The notes under the pieces: model-generated
The model's input: the letters and a program-made list of their open reading frames with translations, nothing else
Database searches by the model: none
What the model was told of the DNA's origin: nothing
Shown: in pieces, positions 42,588 through 58,467 of the stretch
Position numbering within the stretch: the stretch's first letter is position 1
How the letters are laid out: each line of letters begins with the position of its first letter
Translations under genes and position numbers: made by a program
Source of the DNA: the human T2T-CHM13v2.0 reference genome, Homo sapiens
Direction: 5' to 3' (one strand)
Length of the DNA stretch: 64,000 nt
NCBI RefSeq assembly: GCF_009914755.1
Contig: NC_060926.1

Positions 42588-42789
42588 AGAGTTGTACCAC
42601 GCAATGCGACAGCCACTTGTCACATGGGGCTACTTAATGTAAATTTAAATTAAATTAAAAATCAACTCCTTAGTTTCGCTAGGCACCTTTCAAGTGCTCC
42701 CTAGCCACGTGGGGCTAGTGGCTACATTATTGGGCAGCACAGATATTGAACATTGTCTTCATCACAGAAAGTTCTATTAGACAGCACTG
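42588..42789 (-). mobile_element. MER3 (hAT-Charlie)
   Basis: Contains tttcaagtgctc, tagccacgtggggctagtggctac and catcacagaaagttctattagacagcactg. Confidence 0.85.
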
Positions 42790-44659
42790 CCTTTAGAGAA
42801 TAAAACATGATATTTCTCTAAAATTGGGCTTCAAGATGGATAGCTCAGGAGACAAATGGCAGCCTGAATAGGGACATAGAGGTCAAGTGTAGGATTGCTT
42901 AAGAATGCTGGCAGAGTGACTTCTGAAATTCACCAGGGGTAAGTAATGGCACACAAACCTCAAATATATATTCTCACTCAGCTTCACAGGGTGTTTAAGG
43001 AACCTGGCCTTGTTCTAGACCGGTCAATGACAGATTAGGTAGAAACTTGAACATCATGAGTAACAAATTGCTTTGCCTCTGTTAGCAGAGAATCAAATAT
43101 CCCTCACATGAAAACATGACAAAGCTGTTTTAGCCTGTGTTTCTAGGAAACAGCGTTCCTCTTCATCTTCCAGATCCAGGAGGTTCCCAAACTCTCTGAA
43201 GTACTTGATGCTTCTCTCCTTTCTTTGAACCTCATGGCCCTGCCCTAGTACAGGTCCTTTTACAAGAGTCTCCTAACTGGTTACCTCCCATACCTCTCTC
43301 TCCAAAGCACTTTTCACCTTGCTTCTGGAGTTTCTTTCTTAAATATACATCTGATCATTTCCTTCTCCATTACAGGTGATTGTTAATTCTAGTATCCTAA
43401 ATTTTCCAGATTTAGGGGTTCACTTTTAATGTCCAAATTAAATAGCAAACACACACACACATATAAGTCCTTATATAGCTTATTTATACAAGACAAATAA
43501 AGGCATAGGTGTATCTATATGTGAATGAATTCCTGGACATGAATAACCTACCTGCCACCTCTCACCCTAATCAGTCACTCTTGTGTCCTCTTTTCGTTTC
43601 CTTTGGGTATCTGGTCAGTGTTTCCATAGATTGGTGCCATCTCCAGCACCATTGGATAAAGTAAGAATGAGACTTTATTCTTCATTCTAAAGAAACTGCT
43701 AATCCAAAGCTACATAAAGTTTAGTACTTTATTCTTTTTTTCTGACAATCTGAGGATCACACAAGAAAGAAGTCATGCAGGAAGGGCAAATTTAAAGCTC
43801 CATATAAAATACTGTGCTCCTACAGTCCATAAACCCTACCTGATCCACAAACACCCCTACTGGCTATCTTTTCATTCAATACCTAATCTGAGGTCATGCT
43901 ATATGGTTCTAATGCCCTCTCTGACTTAAGCGCCTGTTCCCTTGTTCTTCCCTGCCCAAGTCCTGGGAGCACGAGAACCTACCTCGTCCTTCTAAAAGTA
44001 AAAACTCAATTAGCATAACTTCCTACTCCAAAAAATATTTCTCTATCCTGCACAACTGTCTGACTTCTTGGGCCTGAATTTTACATCTTGGTTTTATATG
44101 AATAAAAATCCTAATAAAGGACTTTTCAAATATGAAGATATTCATTCCCCAAAGGACAAATTGTGAACATGAAAATTTTTCATAAAATAGTATCAAATCC
44201 ATAGCATATGGGACAAACTCTACATAATATAGTTGAAGGAGAATTAAATGCCAAAAGATATTAGAAAACTAGCTGCATTTCTGTCATTATTGGATGTATA
44301 ATCTTGGTCAAGTCTGGTAATCTCTCTGCATTTCTATTTTTCTCATCTACAAAATGAGAATATGATATTGTATGCAAAAATGTACAAGCTGTGATGTACA
44401 CATTTGGATGTAATAGTTACCATGATTATTATTATTTAAGCATTCAAGACATACCATCTTCTGTTTTTTTTATTCTTATCTTCTGCTACTACCTGACACA
44501 AACATCAGTTAAGATAACTCATTCTTTTCTCAACATATTCAACCCTTTCTCAGCATAAAACACTTGTTCTAAAGCAGGACCTACAAACTACAGCCTACAA
44601 GCCCAATCTAACCCAATAACTGTTTTTGTATGGCTCCAAGAGGTGAAAATGGGTTTTGC

Positions 44660-45697
<1,038 letters not shown>

Positions 45698-46019
45698 AAA
45701 ACGGGTTTTGCATTTTTAAATGGTTAGGAGGAAAAGCAAAATATGAATAATACTATATGACATCTAAAATGATACGAAATCAAAATTCAGTGTTCATAAA
45801 AAAGTGTTATTGCAACACAGCCATGCTCATTCCTTTATGGATTGCCTATGGTTGCTTTTGTGCTGAAACAGCAGAGTTGACAAGTTACTTCAGAGACTGA
45901 ATGGTCCACAAGGCCTAAAATATCTACTGTTTGGCATTTTACAGAAAATGTTCGCCAACTCTACACTGATCCCTTCTTAGAATGCCTTTCCTCGTGCCTT
46001 GTTTGCCCATGACAATGTA

Positions 46020-46410
46020 CAGTTGACCCTGAACAATGTGGAGGTTGGCAAGCTTTTGTGTACAACTTTCTGACTCTCCAAAAACTTAACTATAAATAAC
46101 CTACTGTTGACTGGAAGCCTCACCAATGACTTAAACAGTCAGTTAACACATATTTTGTATATTATAGGTATTATATAGTGGATTCTTACAACAAAGTAAG
46201 CTAGAGAAAAGAAAAAGGTATTAAGAAAATCATAAAGAAGTAAACATATATGTACTCTTCATTAAGTGGAAGTGGATCATCATAAAGGTTTTCATCCTCA
46301 TGGTTATCATGTTAAGTAGGCTGAGGAGGAGGAAGAGGAGGGGTTGGTTTTGCCATCTGCGTATGAGTGAACCCATGCAGTTCAAACCCATGTTATTTAA
46401 CGGTAAACTG
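46020..46410 (-). mobile_element. Tigger2a/MER28-like DNA transposon derivative
   Basis: Terminal inverted repeats cagttgaccc...ggtaaactg flanked by TA on both sides; internal aagtggaagtggatcatcataaagg and gtaggctgaggaggaggaagaggaggggttgg. Confidence 0.88.
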
Positions 46411-46412
46411 TA

Positions 46413-46690
46413 TACACTTATCAAGACCCAGCTCAAATGCCACCACCTTCATGGGGCCTTCCCTGCTACTTATGTCTAGGCTAGAAATTCCTCCCATAGG
46501 CTTTATAGCACTGAGTGGCACAAAATAGATTCTCATTAAACATCTATGGAATGAATAAGTTAGTATTTCATTTTCCATTAAAACTATAATATTCTGAGGA
46601 ACAGGGCAGTCACTTATAACAACTTCTATTGCAGCATCTGAACTTGTGTTTTTCCTATTGAAAGCATTTAAGTAATATTTGCTGAATAAA
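46413..46690 (+). mobile_element. L2 3' end (host of the Tigger2a insertion)
   Basis: tcaagacccagctcaaatgccaccacc ... tgaggaacagggc ... aatatttgctgaataaa. Confidence 0.65.
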
Positions 46691-46784
46691 ACATAGCTAC
46701 TACTAATAACAGTGACATTTTAATAAGAGGTTACAATGTTCCATACAAGATGCAACTGACCACAGATGCATGGGTGAATTTAGA

Positions 46785-46894
46785 TAGAACTAAAACAACT
46801 CAGCCAGCTATAGGCTCTTGAGTAATAGTAAATGGTTAATTTTTAAGCCACTAAGTTTTAGGTGGATTGTTTCACAGCAATAGCTAACTGATAT
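46785..46894 (+). mobile_element. MLT1 LTR 3' fragment
   Basis: ttttaagccactaagtttt ... cagcaatagctaactgata. Confidence 0.65.
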
Positions 46895-49099
46895 AAAGGG
46901 TAACTATGAGAGGTAAATAAAGTCTACCACATACTCGCCATTTTATCTTTGGGACTTAGCGGAAGTATTTTATCCCGTCTCTAGTCGTAATCTTGTTTCT
47001 TCATCACACAAACACTTCCTGGGCAGCTTCAGTGCACTGGGAACCTGTACTCTAGCCTGAATACTCTCTTCTTAGTGCTTACTTTGTGGGAATCTTTTCT
47101 TCAAAACCATTGCAAACATCACTGACATTTAGATCAAAGATTGTCTGCTTTCTCTGCCAGACTTTAGCTGACTGAGATTTGTTCTGGAATCTTGTAGTGG
47201 AATCTTGCATACCTAGACATAGATAGCAGGGAAGACCCCCCTTGAGAACAATATTAAACGTGGTGATGAAGTCAACAACAGTGTCAGAATGTGCCTCCAA
47301 AGGAGTATGGTTAACTGAACAACCAGAAATTAACAAAGGAATCAGAACCAGGCACACCCCTTGATTTTGATCAGCCCACCAACCACTGCTCCTAAGGAAT
47401 ACAAGGAAGCCATCTAGGGAACCGCCTGCTATAACTCCCTAAGTCTCTGAAACCAAAAGCCATAAAATCACACCTACCAGGAAGCATGCAACATCTATTA
47501 CATAAAAATGACTTCTAAAGAATACAGAGTTGGTTCAAAACAACTTCCTGGAAGATATATGTTTTATCACTTATTTTCTGAACTGTATCTGAAAACTGAG
47601 TTTCCTGCCACCAATCTCAACCTTAATTCACCAGATTTGTTTTGAAGATCTGCCTTAGAGGAGTAAGAGATGTGCTAGTCTCCCGATATTGGCCTTGTAA
47701 AGAAGGACAGGCACATAATAGATTGTAATTGAAATGGGAATGCTTCATTTTATAGACACTCAAATATTTGATTTAACAGTGTTCCAAGATGTATAATTCA
47801 AAATTGGCCTGAGTGTGAAGCTTGAAATTTTGGTACTTCTGTGAATGAAGCCTGCTGTTTTGTTTTGTTTTAACCAATGCTGTTGTGTGTTCTTATGTAT
47901 TTCCACTAAGGGTTAAAATTTCAATTTAGTCCCTGTCAGATGCATGCCTCTTTTTGTTCACATACATGGAAAAGTGAGCATAATCTATCACCATGTTTCA
48001 TTGTTTCTCTTTTCCTGTGGTGCCCTTGGTCATGTAAAAGAACACATGACTGCTTATTGTAAACCTCTGTGACAAAGTCAATATATTTCACCTTAAAAAT
48101 ATCTCAGGTCTTCTAAGGCCCTATTGGGCAGGATATTTCTTAAGGTTAATTTGCAATCAGTCTTTCTCCTTCCTAAGGAAAAAGGGAGAGACAGATAAAT
48201 AAGCACCATTTTAGGCATTCAAAGAGTTGTTAGTAAAGACCCTGAGCTAGTGGCATATCCTGTTTGCAACTGTGTAGATAAACTATGGCTAAATGCACAA
48301 ACTGTTATATGTCATAATTAGATTTCAAAATAAGTAGGTTTCAAAGGAATGCATTTGTCTTAGCTTTGAGAACATGATTTTTGGAGAGAATAACCAGGCC
48401 CTTAATTATACCACATATAGAGAAAAATTTTTAAATTGAGGTTATGGTCATAAATTCCTATTTTGTGTGTGCTTGTGTGGTCTTTTCTATGCATCCCTAG
48501 CAAAGAGGTTCAGCATTTTCCTAAAAGTTTGTGTTTAGGAAAAGTCCAAAGTCTAGAAGAAAGTACATCAGGGAAGTACATTAACACCGTGTCTGAGAAA
48601 TTTCACCTTGACCTTTTTTTTATCCACAAACAAGGATAGCTGGGCCTTTCCTTACTGAATGAGAGGAGGCAGTGACCTTTCTCTCTATTCCTCATCACTC
48701 ATCCCACTGAATTCCCATGGGTAAGGACATTATAAAGACATAGATGTAAGCAAGAAGTAGGTAGCATATCTAGTACGTTTAATCCCGATAGCCATTGGCA
48801 CCATACCTAGAACTAATTATAGTAGTATATTTTGACATTGTCATCAAAAGATGCCTATCAAAATGTAAATTTTGATTTCTGGGGGTTTTTATTTTGTTTT
48901 TATCAAAATAATATGCCTGAGTCATGTCCTGCCTCTTATTTCACCCCAACCCCACTCCGCTCTAAGACTGCCACTCTGTAATTTTCAATGTATTACTTGT
49001 ATTTTTATGAGTAATTATTATTTTTGTTTATTCTAATCCCAGCAGAGACAGGTACACCTTGAGACAGGTATATGTTGATGTCATAGGCATTTAGAGGTT

Positions 49100-49385
49100 G
49101 AAGGGAATGATCTCAAAAGGGCAACAGATTGATAGGTCTTGCTTGGTCCGTGAAATATTTGTCCACATTATATGTTTTAATTAAATCTGGATTTCAGGCA
49201 TCTCTTGAAAAATCTGCAGATCTGGAATAATGGTTTGGCAATAACCTAGTAGAATAGAGTACTGTAATGGCTACCCTGTTGGGATGGGTATCTACTTTCT
49301 AGCTCACCACAATTTCCGCCATTCCTACCCTGTTTGCTTCACTGATTCCCTTTAACTATTTCATCTCTGTAAGCGTTGAGCTTAG
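49100..49385. mobile_element. MER102-like hAT element
   Basis: aaatctggatttcaggcatctcttgaaaaatctgcagatctgg matches the recalled MER102 core. Confidence 0.55.
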
Positions 49386-50527
49386 TGTGGGTGCTTAGTT
49401 TTGACTCCTTGTCTAGGATGTGCAGTGATGCTTTGCAACAGGACTACGGAGGAAGTCACTCAGATGTCCCGATACAGGAGCTGTTTCACGGAAGGGGGCA
49501 GAGAGAGGTGCCAAAGACAAGTTTTACACTCAGCATGATTTGCATGGGGACAGCCCACATAGCTACTACGAAACAAAAAATCATCTGCAAAATAATTGCC
49601 TACATAAAACTTTGTCTGAAAATATGTGTGTGTTTTTTTAATTATAAAGAACAAAATACTAAGAGATTTAAGAAAGAATGGTACTTTTATAGCAGTCAAA
49701 TAGAAATTATTGGCTAAAAAGCAGAGTTGTAATAAACTCCAGTTTAGAAGTTGTAACTTTTAAATAAAAATAGTTCTGGCAAAGAAGAAAAATGGGTTAT
49801 TTAAGAAAAGTTTGTGACAAAGGAGAGTGCAATTTTACCAGAATAGATGATTATGGGTTTAAGAAAAGAGAAATTTAGATCTAGAAGCATATGTGATAGC
49901 CATTTAAACCATTTATGAAGTGATTTTATACTTTTACCATCATTAGTCAAAGCACCAAGCAATGGCTAAAACACCCAGCACAAAACCATCATATTACAAT
50001 TCTGAAATGTTATATTGAAGTATTAACACACCTTTTAGGGAACCGTAAGTATGAACATTTAAAATGAGTTTGCTTGTGAGGACATTTCAAATGATAGGAA
50101 ACAATTTACACTTGGGTTTGAAAAATGACTCAATTCCAAGGTCATTTTAGATTCTCCCTGTAGCCTGGGAGAATCCAGGGGGATTTGGTGAGCCTGCTCA
50201 ATTACAGTTGCCCTTCTCCCTTCCCCCAACCCTACCAAGACACTCTCTCAAGTTTTACTTTATGAGAACAGGTAATTTTTGCAATGTGCTTTATCCTCTC
50301 ACTGCCAATGTCAAGCCCCAAAGGCAATGGATTACAAATTGCATGACTCAAATCTGGGACAGAAATAGCTGGGGGAAACCTGGGAGGCATAGGTAAGGTA
50401 GAGCCCATAAGACAGTGAATGCCGAGTCTGGGTCCCAGAGAAAAATGCTGAATGCAGGTCTGGAAGATAAGAGCTAAACAATAGATGAGAACCAAACAGG
50501 CAAGCAAGGGTGAGGCTTTATAAAATG

Positions 50528-50740
50528 AATGCTAACATCCAACACTGAGTTCTTACCATTTGCTGGCCACTATTCTACACTCTTTGCATGCATTAATCCA
50601 TTTAAGCCTCAACACTAATAAGTTTTATTATTAGCAAACTGGAGCCGAAAGATATTAGGTAACTTGTCCAAGGTCAGACAGTATTGGAGGTGATAAAGAC
50701 AGAAGATGTGAACTAGTGCTTACTGAATTTAGTGCACCTG
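50528..50740 (-). mobile_element. MIR
   Basis: cactgagttcttacca ... gcattaatccatttaagcctca ... ggtaacttgtccaaggtca. Confidence 0.65.
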
Positions 50741-50790
50741 CATGTTCCCACTGTAATGTACAGTCTCACTGGACAGCAAGCAGAGGGTTG

Positions 50791-51356
<566 letters not shown>

Positions 51357-51429
51357 GGGCGAGAGGCCAGGTGCACTCCTCATCAGGAACTACAAGAACA
51401 CAGACGGTGGACCTCAAAAGCAAGGCAGA

Positions 51430-51950
51430 TATTTGGAAAGCCAAAGCCACCTTTCTGATCAAACAAGACTCCTGTTTAAAATCCTCCAAAGGCTCTCTAC
51501 TGCTTTCAGATAAAAAATGAAGACTACCCTTCACCCACCGTCCTGCACCCCAGCTGCCACTCTTCAGCCCTTGGACACACCCCCAAACTACACACTACGC
51601 TTCTTGCAGTCACGACGCAATCACTCTTCCCTTCACCTACTCCAGGTCTCCTCTTCTCAACCTATGCATCTCAACTTTCAAAGCCCAACTTCAGAGCTTC
51701 CTCCTCAAGAAAACTTTCCTCCAAACTGAGTTTGGTGACAAAACTTCTCCGCTTTCTCAGTTCTGCCTGGCATTTTTTTTACAGACCTCCTTCAGGCACG
51801 TATTGCAATGCTTGTTATTTGGATTCTCCCCCCTCGAAAGATGTAACCTCCTTGAGGACAGAGACTGTTTTTCATTTCTAAATTCTCAGTTTCTGATCTG
51901 TCTACCATTTGGGCCATAGCAGATGTTCCAGAAATGTTCATTGAATGAGG
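51430..51950 (+). mobile_element. L2 3' region
   Basis: ctcctgtttaaaatcctccaa ... tgtaacctccttgaggacagagactgt ... aaatgttcattgaatga. Confidence 0.7.
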
Positions 51951-52481
51951 GATTGAAAATCTGCCAGCAACAAAGCAAGCAGAACAGCCCCCTTAAGAAG
52001 TCTCTGGAGAGCTGAAGTTGTTCTTGACTTGTATTATTGCTTCCTGGACCAGTGCTACGAGATTGAAGGTCACAGAAAAACTTATTGTTGGGAGGATCAG
52101 CAGCTTCTGACAGGCACAGTCTGATATTTATTTTCTTTATACCTCATTTCATATTTAGATAGCACCTTACTGATATTATCTCTCTAATCTTTCCATTAGG
52201 AAAGTGAGAAGAGAGGAGTGAAAATGACTTGTTCAAGGTTATGAAAGGCAGAGAGCAGTCACAGAAAATACTTTAACACTTTCCAACTAATCCAAGGCCC
52301 TACGTGCATAGGATTTAGGATGTGCTACATTAGCACTTAAAAATGACATGCTAGAGAGTAATTATGAGTTGGCTCTGTGCCTTGGTCCTATACCTGGGAT
52401 GTCCAAAGGGATCATATACGTCTGCCAATTTTGTAAAGATTGGTGCATGATAGAGTTTAACAATGTGGCAGTGGATGAATA

Positions 52482-53508
<1,027 letters not shown>

Positions 53509-54121
53509 CACAGCTATTAGATGGCAGGATCTGGTACTGAGCCTGGTTTGTTTTCTTCTATGCGCAAATGTCGGGAGAGTCTCTGTTGCCTCGGATCATT
53601 CAGTGACTACCATCTACTGGCCCCATTACAACTAAGGCAAACATTCGTTTTCAGTGAAAACCAGGCTCCCGTGCACACAGTCCCTTCCCTCTTTGTAGAA
53701 CTAGCCCAGCCTTCCAAGAAATTTCAGCAAATCTGATTAGTGTATCTCAGGATGCCGGAATCTCCCAGATGACTGTAGTACTGGCTTCATAATGTTGTTT
53801 TCTGCTCTCTCCAGTGTCTTTGTTGTCCAAAGGAAGTGTTTAAGTTACAGCATGCAGGTGAAAAACTTATTCCTTGACAGTCTACATAAAGCTTTTTTTC
53901 TAGAAAATACCCTATTGTTTGACAGAAATAAGTATCTCTAATTAAAAGTATCAAGAAGGGACTCTAAAAAAGGGTAAAACTGTTTTTTCCAAAGCAAAAC
54001 ACTTCTGCCCACTGCCATATGTGCCCACTTATCCCCCCATCAAAAGAAGCTCGTGTTTACTGATGAAGAGACAGAGGCCCTGCTGGAATCTATGCAGTCC
54101 TAGTAACAATAGAGAGAAAGC

Positions 54122-54443
<322 letters not shown>

Positions 54444-54971
54444 AATGGAGACAAAGCACTAGCACTGGAATAGCAGATTTTTCTGGCATCCAAATTTCTA
54501 TTCACTTTCAACCCAAAATTATATTCATTGATTTTTCTTCAGGAACAAAGAAAAAAAACCTGAGGGAAGAGTGTTAAAAGTCCACGCATATGATCTCATT
54601 TTATAGTCATATTTTTTATTCCCACTGAATACTCAGAAAACTGAGGCTCAGAGAAGAGATCGAAGTTCACAGGGATAGTATATAGAAGAAGGAAATCTCA
54701 TACCCAGTTCTTTTCTTGGTCTTAGAGAAGAAAATGGGTGAATAAAATGAAGAATCTATGGCTAAATAAATAGCAGAGTTTCATAACTTAGAGTTAATGA
54801 TTGGTTCAATTCTAGTATTTTATCAGATATTTTCAGCCTTTGTTTCTCCTCTCCTCAACAAAGTTGTAAAGAAACAAGCCAGGACATTTGGGCCAGCCTC
54901 TGTATTCCAGACCATCTTATCTTTCCCCAAGTACACACACAGAAAACCACATCTCATTAGTCCATGATCTA

Positions 54972-55120
54972 GCCCTTTGCTACTCAAAAGTATGGCTCAA
55001 TAAGGCAGCAACATTAGCATGACCTGGGAGCTTGGGAGAAATGCAGAATCCCAGGCCCCATCCAAAACCCATGAAATTCAACAAGATTGCCCCTGTGCTT
55101 ATTAAAATCTGAAAAGCACC
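54972..55120. mobile_element. MER5A-like hAT element
   Basis: tgctactcaaa ... acctgggagcttg..agaaatgcagaatcccaggcccca. Confidence 0.75.
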
Positions 55121-55185
55121 CTTTTCCTCATCTTTCTTTAGCACAGATGCTCCTTATAGGAGGCTAATTCTATACTCAACTTTTT

Positions 55186-55883
<698 letters not shown>

Positions 55884-56090
55884 TTAGCTAATTAAAAATC
55901 CCATGGCACTACAAGGTTCTTGAAGAATAATACTGTTGGCATCTTAGCAGGCCAGTGAGGGAATATTTTATTTTGAATCATTTTTCTGTTTCTAATGGAA
56001 AGCATGTCAGCTATGGTCTCTTCTCCTTAAGCCCATGGACATTACTGCCTTCATCCTCTTTTTGTGGGACAGTGTAAATAACACCATGCT

Positions 56091-56194
56091 CAGGTTGATG
56101 CACAGTTCATGTCTGGTGAGCTGCACAGTGGCTAAGTTTCAGGACCAGCTCAGCCACTGCACAGCTCAACAATCATGAGCTGTGCATCAACCTG
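56091..56194. repeat. 104-bp imperfect inverted repeat (MITE-like hairpin), family unassigned
   Basis: 48-bp arms at 56091-56138 and 56147-56194 are 40/48 complementary, with an 8-nt loop. Confidence 0.9.
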
Positions 56195-56242
56195 CTTTGA
56201 TCTCAGTTTCCGTCTTTATAAGATAGGGATGTTAAGTGAGAA

Positions 56243-56568
56243 TAGAATTTTTCAAGTGTCTCTCACAGAATATTCATAGAGATTCACACACACATAAACA
56301 CGCGCATCACAGAATATTCATAGAGATTTACACACACATACACACATGCAAATACATGCATACACACACGTACTCACTTCATGCAGGCTCACCTTTTGAG
56401 AAATATCTCTTTTGAAAACTTAAAATGCACTTAAGTGTTAAAGGGCCTGAAAAGTCTTGCAGTGAAAAAACAAGAGTTTAAGCAAGGATTTCTTAAATTA
56501 TTGCCCAAAAATGACCCTCACATTCTGTTTTTTTTTTCCTGCTTATTTTCACACTTTGAGAAATACTA
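56243..56568. mobile_element. MER103C-like hAT element
   Basis: aaatgcact...ttaaagggcctgaaaagtcttgcagtgaa ... cacactttgagaaatact. Confidence 0.55.
56263..56350. repeat. 44-bp tandem duplication with CA-rich tail
   Basis: tcacagaatattcatagagatt-(CA-rich) occurs twice, 40/44 identical. Confidence 0.9.
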
Positions 56569-56765
56569 GGCTAGAAGACCTCAAAGGACTCCTCCAGCTA
56601 TTACATTCTATTACCATCTCATGATTCTACCATTTTGCCATCTCATCATAGAGGATTCTGTTGATTTTTGTCTTATTGGTTTTCAAAGTCATTGCAAAAT
56701 TTATAATCATTATTTGAACCAAATTTTGCTTTAGAGGACAATAGAGTCTCCACAAAATACCTTTG

Positions 56766-57144
56766 CTTCTAGAATAAATGCAGGCAGAGAAACATGGAAG
56801 GACTAGACTGGCTGAATCTTCTGGCCTTCATCCTTCTCCCATACTGCATGCTTCCTGCCCTTGAACATCAGACTCCAAATTCTTCAGCCTTTGGACTCTT
56901 GGACTTATATCAGTGGTTTGCCAGGGGATCTCGGGCCTTTGGCCACACACTGAAGGCTGCACTGTTGGCTTCCCTACTCTTGAGGTTTGGGGACTTGGAC
57001 TGGATCCCTGGCTCCTCAGCGTGCAGGCAGCCTATTGTGGGATTTCACCTTGTGATTGCATAAGTCAATTCTCCTAATAAACTCCCCTTCATATATTTAT
57101 CTATCCTATTAGTTCTGTCCCTTTACAGAAAGCTGACTAATACA
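56766..57144 (+). mobile_element. MLT2A (HERV-L LTR), 5'-truncated
   Basis: Contains tggaaggactagactggctga, cttgaacatcagactcca, gcctattgtggga and ctaataaactcccc, ending ctgactaataca. Confidence 0.9.
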
Positions 57145-58325
57145 CATATCCTCCTCCCTCAGGGAAGGTGACAGGTATAAAAGTGTTTTCTTTTATTTCT
57201 ATGAAAGGAATCTAAGGATGAAAGGATAAGGTTCCTGTGCCTACTGCATTTTCAAAACCTATTTTCTAGCTATCTCAAAACTTTTTATAGAATTCAACTG
57301 TCTCTCCCTGATACCTCATGCCCCCACGCAGGCGTGAAGGTATGTTTATGACGTGAAAGGAGGATATTTGAAGGAAGTCTGTCTTGTGATCCCTGGCTGA
57401 GCTCCTGCTTAACGCTGTGTGTGACCAAACCAACCTTTCATCAAAGGAGTCCTTGCCACAAATCTCAGTGATTTCAATCATGAGATTATTTTTCTTATTT
57501 TGAATGCAAGTGTAAACAGAATTTGAAAAAGCTCTTTTAACCTTTTGGAAACCATTTGAGGGTTTGTGTGCCACAGACATGGACAATCTTTGTGTTAATA
57601 AAACGCCAACTGAAAATTTTCAATTCTAAGCCCGTTACCTCGGAAGATTGTTCTAACCCACGGTAATTTCATTCCAATAATTTTCATTTAGTTATCATTT
57701 CCCATTGATCTAACATGCTTGCCTATCCTTCATAATAGTCCAGCCTGACAGGACATATTTGTGAAAAACATCTGATTACCTCCAATAAAGATGTTTTGCT
57801 AAAGACTGATTTGATTAATTTATTCCCCCACATTTTTTCCCCTTAGAACTTGCAGGTCTATAATTTACAAGCTATATCAACTCACCTTACTAGCATTACC
57901 ACTTGAGTCTAGTCATACAGGCGAATAGCTCCAGGTGCTAGAATCATTAACTAAGAATATTAAACCCGTAAATAAGATCTTCCTGTATGTGTTTTACCAA
58001 CAAAGAGTCTTTCGTATTTCCACCAATTAACGCTAAGAAAATTAAACATCATTTACAAACAAGATTAAAGACATTTTTCCTTCCACAACCAATTAAGAAA
58101 ATCAGAAGGAAAATGTTTTGATTCATGCTCATTATATATATGTAAATATATCACATAATGGCTCATATTCAGCAAATATGAAATACCAAAACACAAATGG
58201 AAAATACTTTGGCATTTGTCCGGCCCTTGAGCTGGCTAACGCAAAGTGTCATATGAACGTGTGTTGGTCCTGCTGTTAAACATTCACCGATCTGAATAAA
58301 TTAATTACAAACTATTATTTTTCAG

Positions 58326-58467
58326 AAACACAGTGAACTTTCAAAACACAGAAAAGGAGGAGCCTGTTCCAGTTGCTCACATTCAACAGAAGATGAGAGG
58401 AAAATTATCGCTAATAGTTGATCTAATGGAAGATAAAAATTATCTGGCATTTGGGCAAAATGGCATG
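58326..58467 (+). other. Candidate internal exon (142 nt), host transcript unknown
   Basis: Acceptor tattatttttcag and donor atg|gtgagt in non-repetitive-looking DNA; one reading frame is open; no recognised protein match. Confidence 0.3.

Noticed and set aside
47263-47318. C box (GTGATGA) and D box (CTGA) at snoRNA-like spacing
   Set aside because: No terminal stem or recognisable guide sequence; expected by chance.
57880-57960. Minus-strand donor aag|gtgagt with a possible 65-nt exon (similar donors near 905 and 59865)
   Set aside because: Weak or missing acceptors; isolated donors are common by chance.
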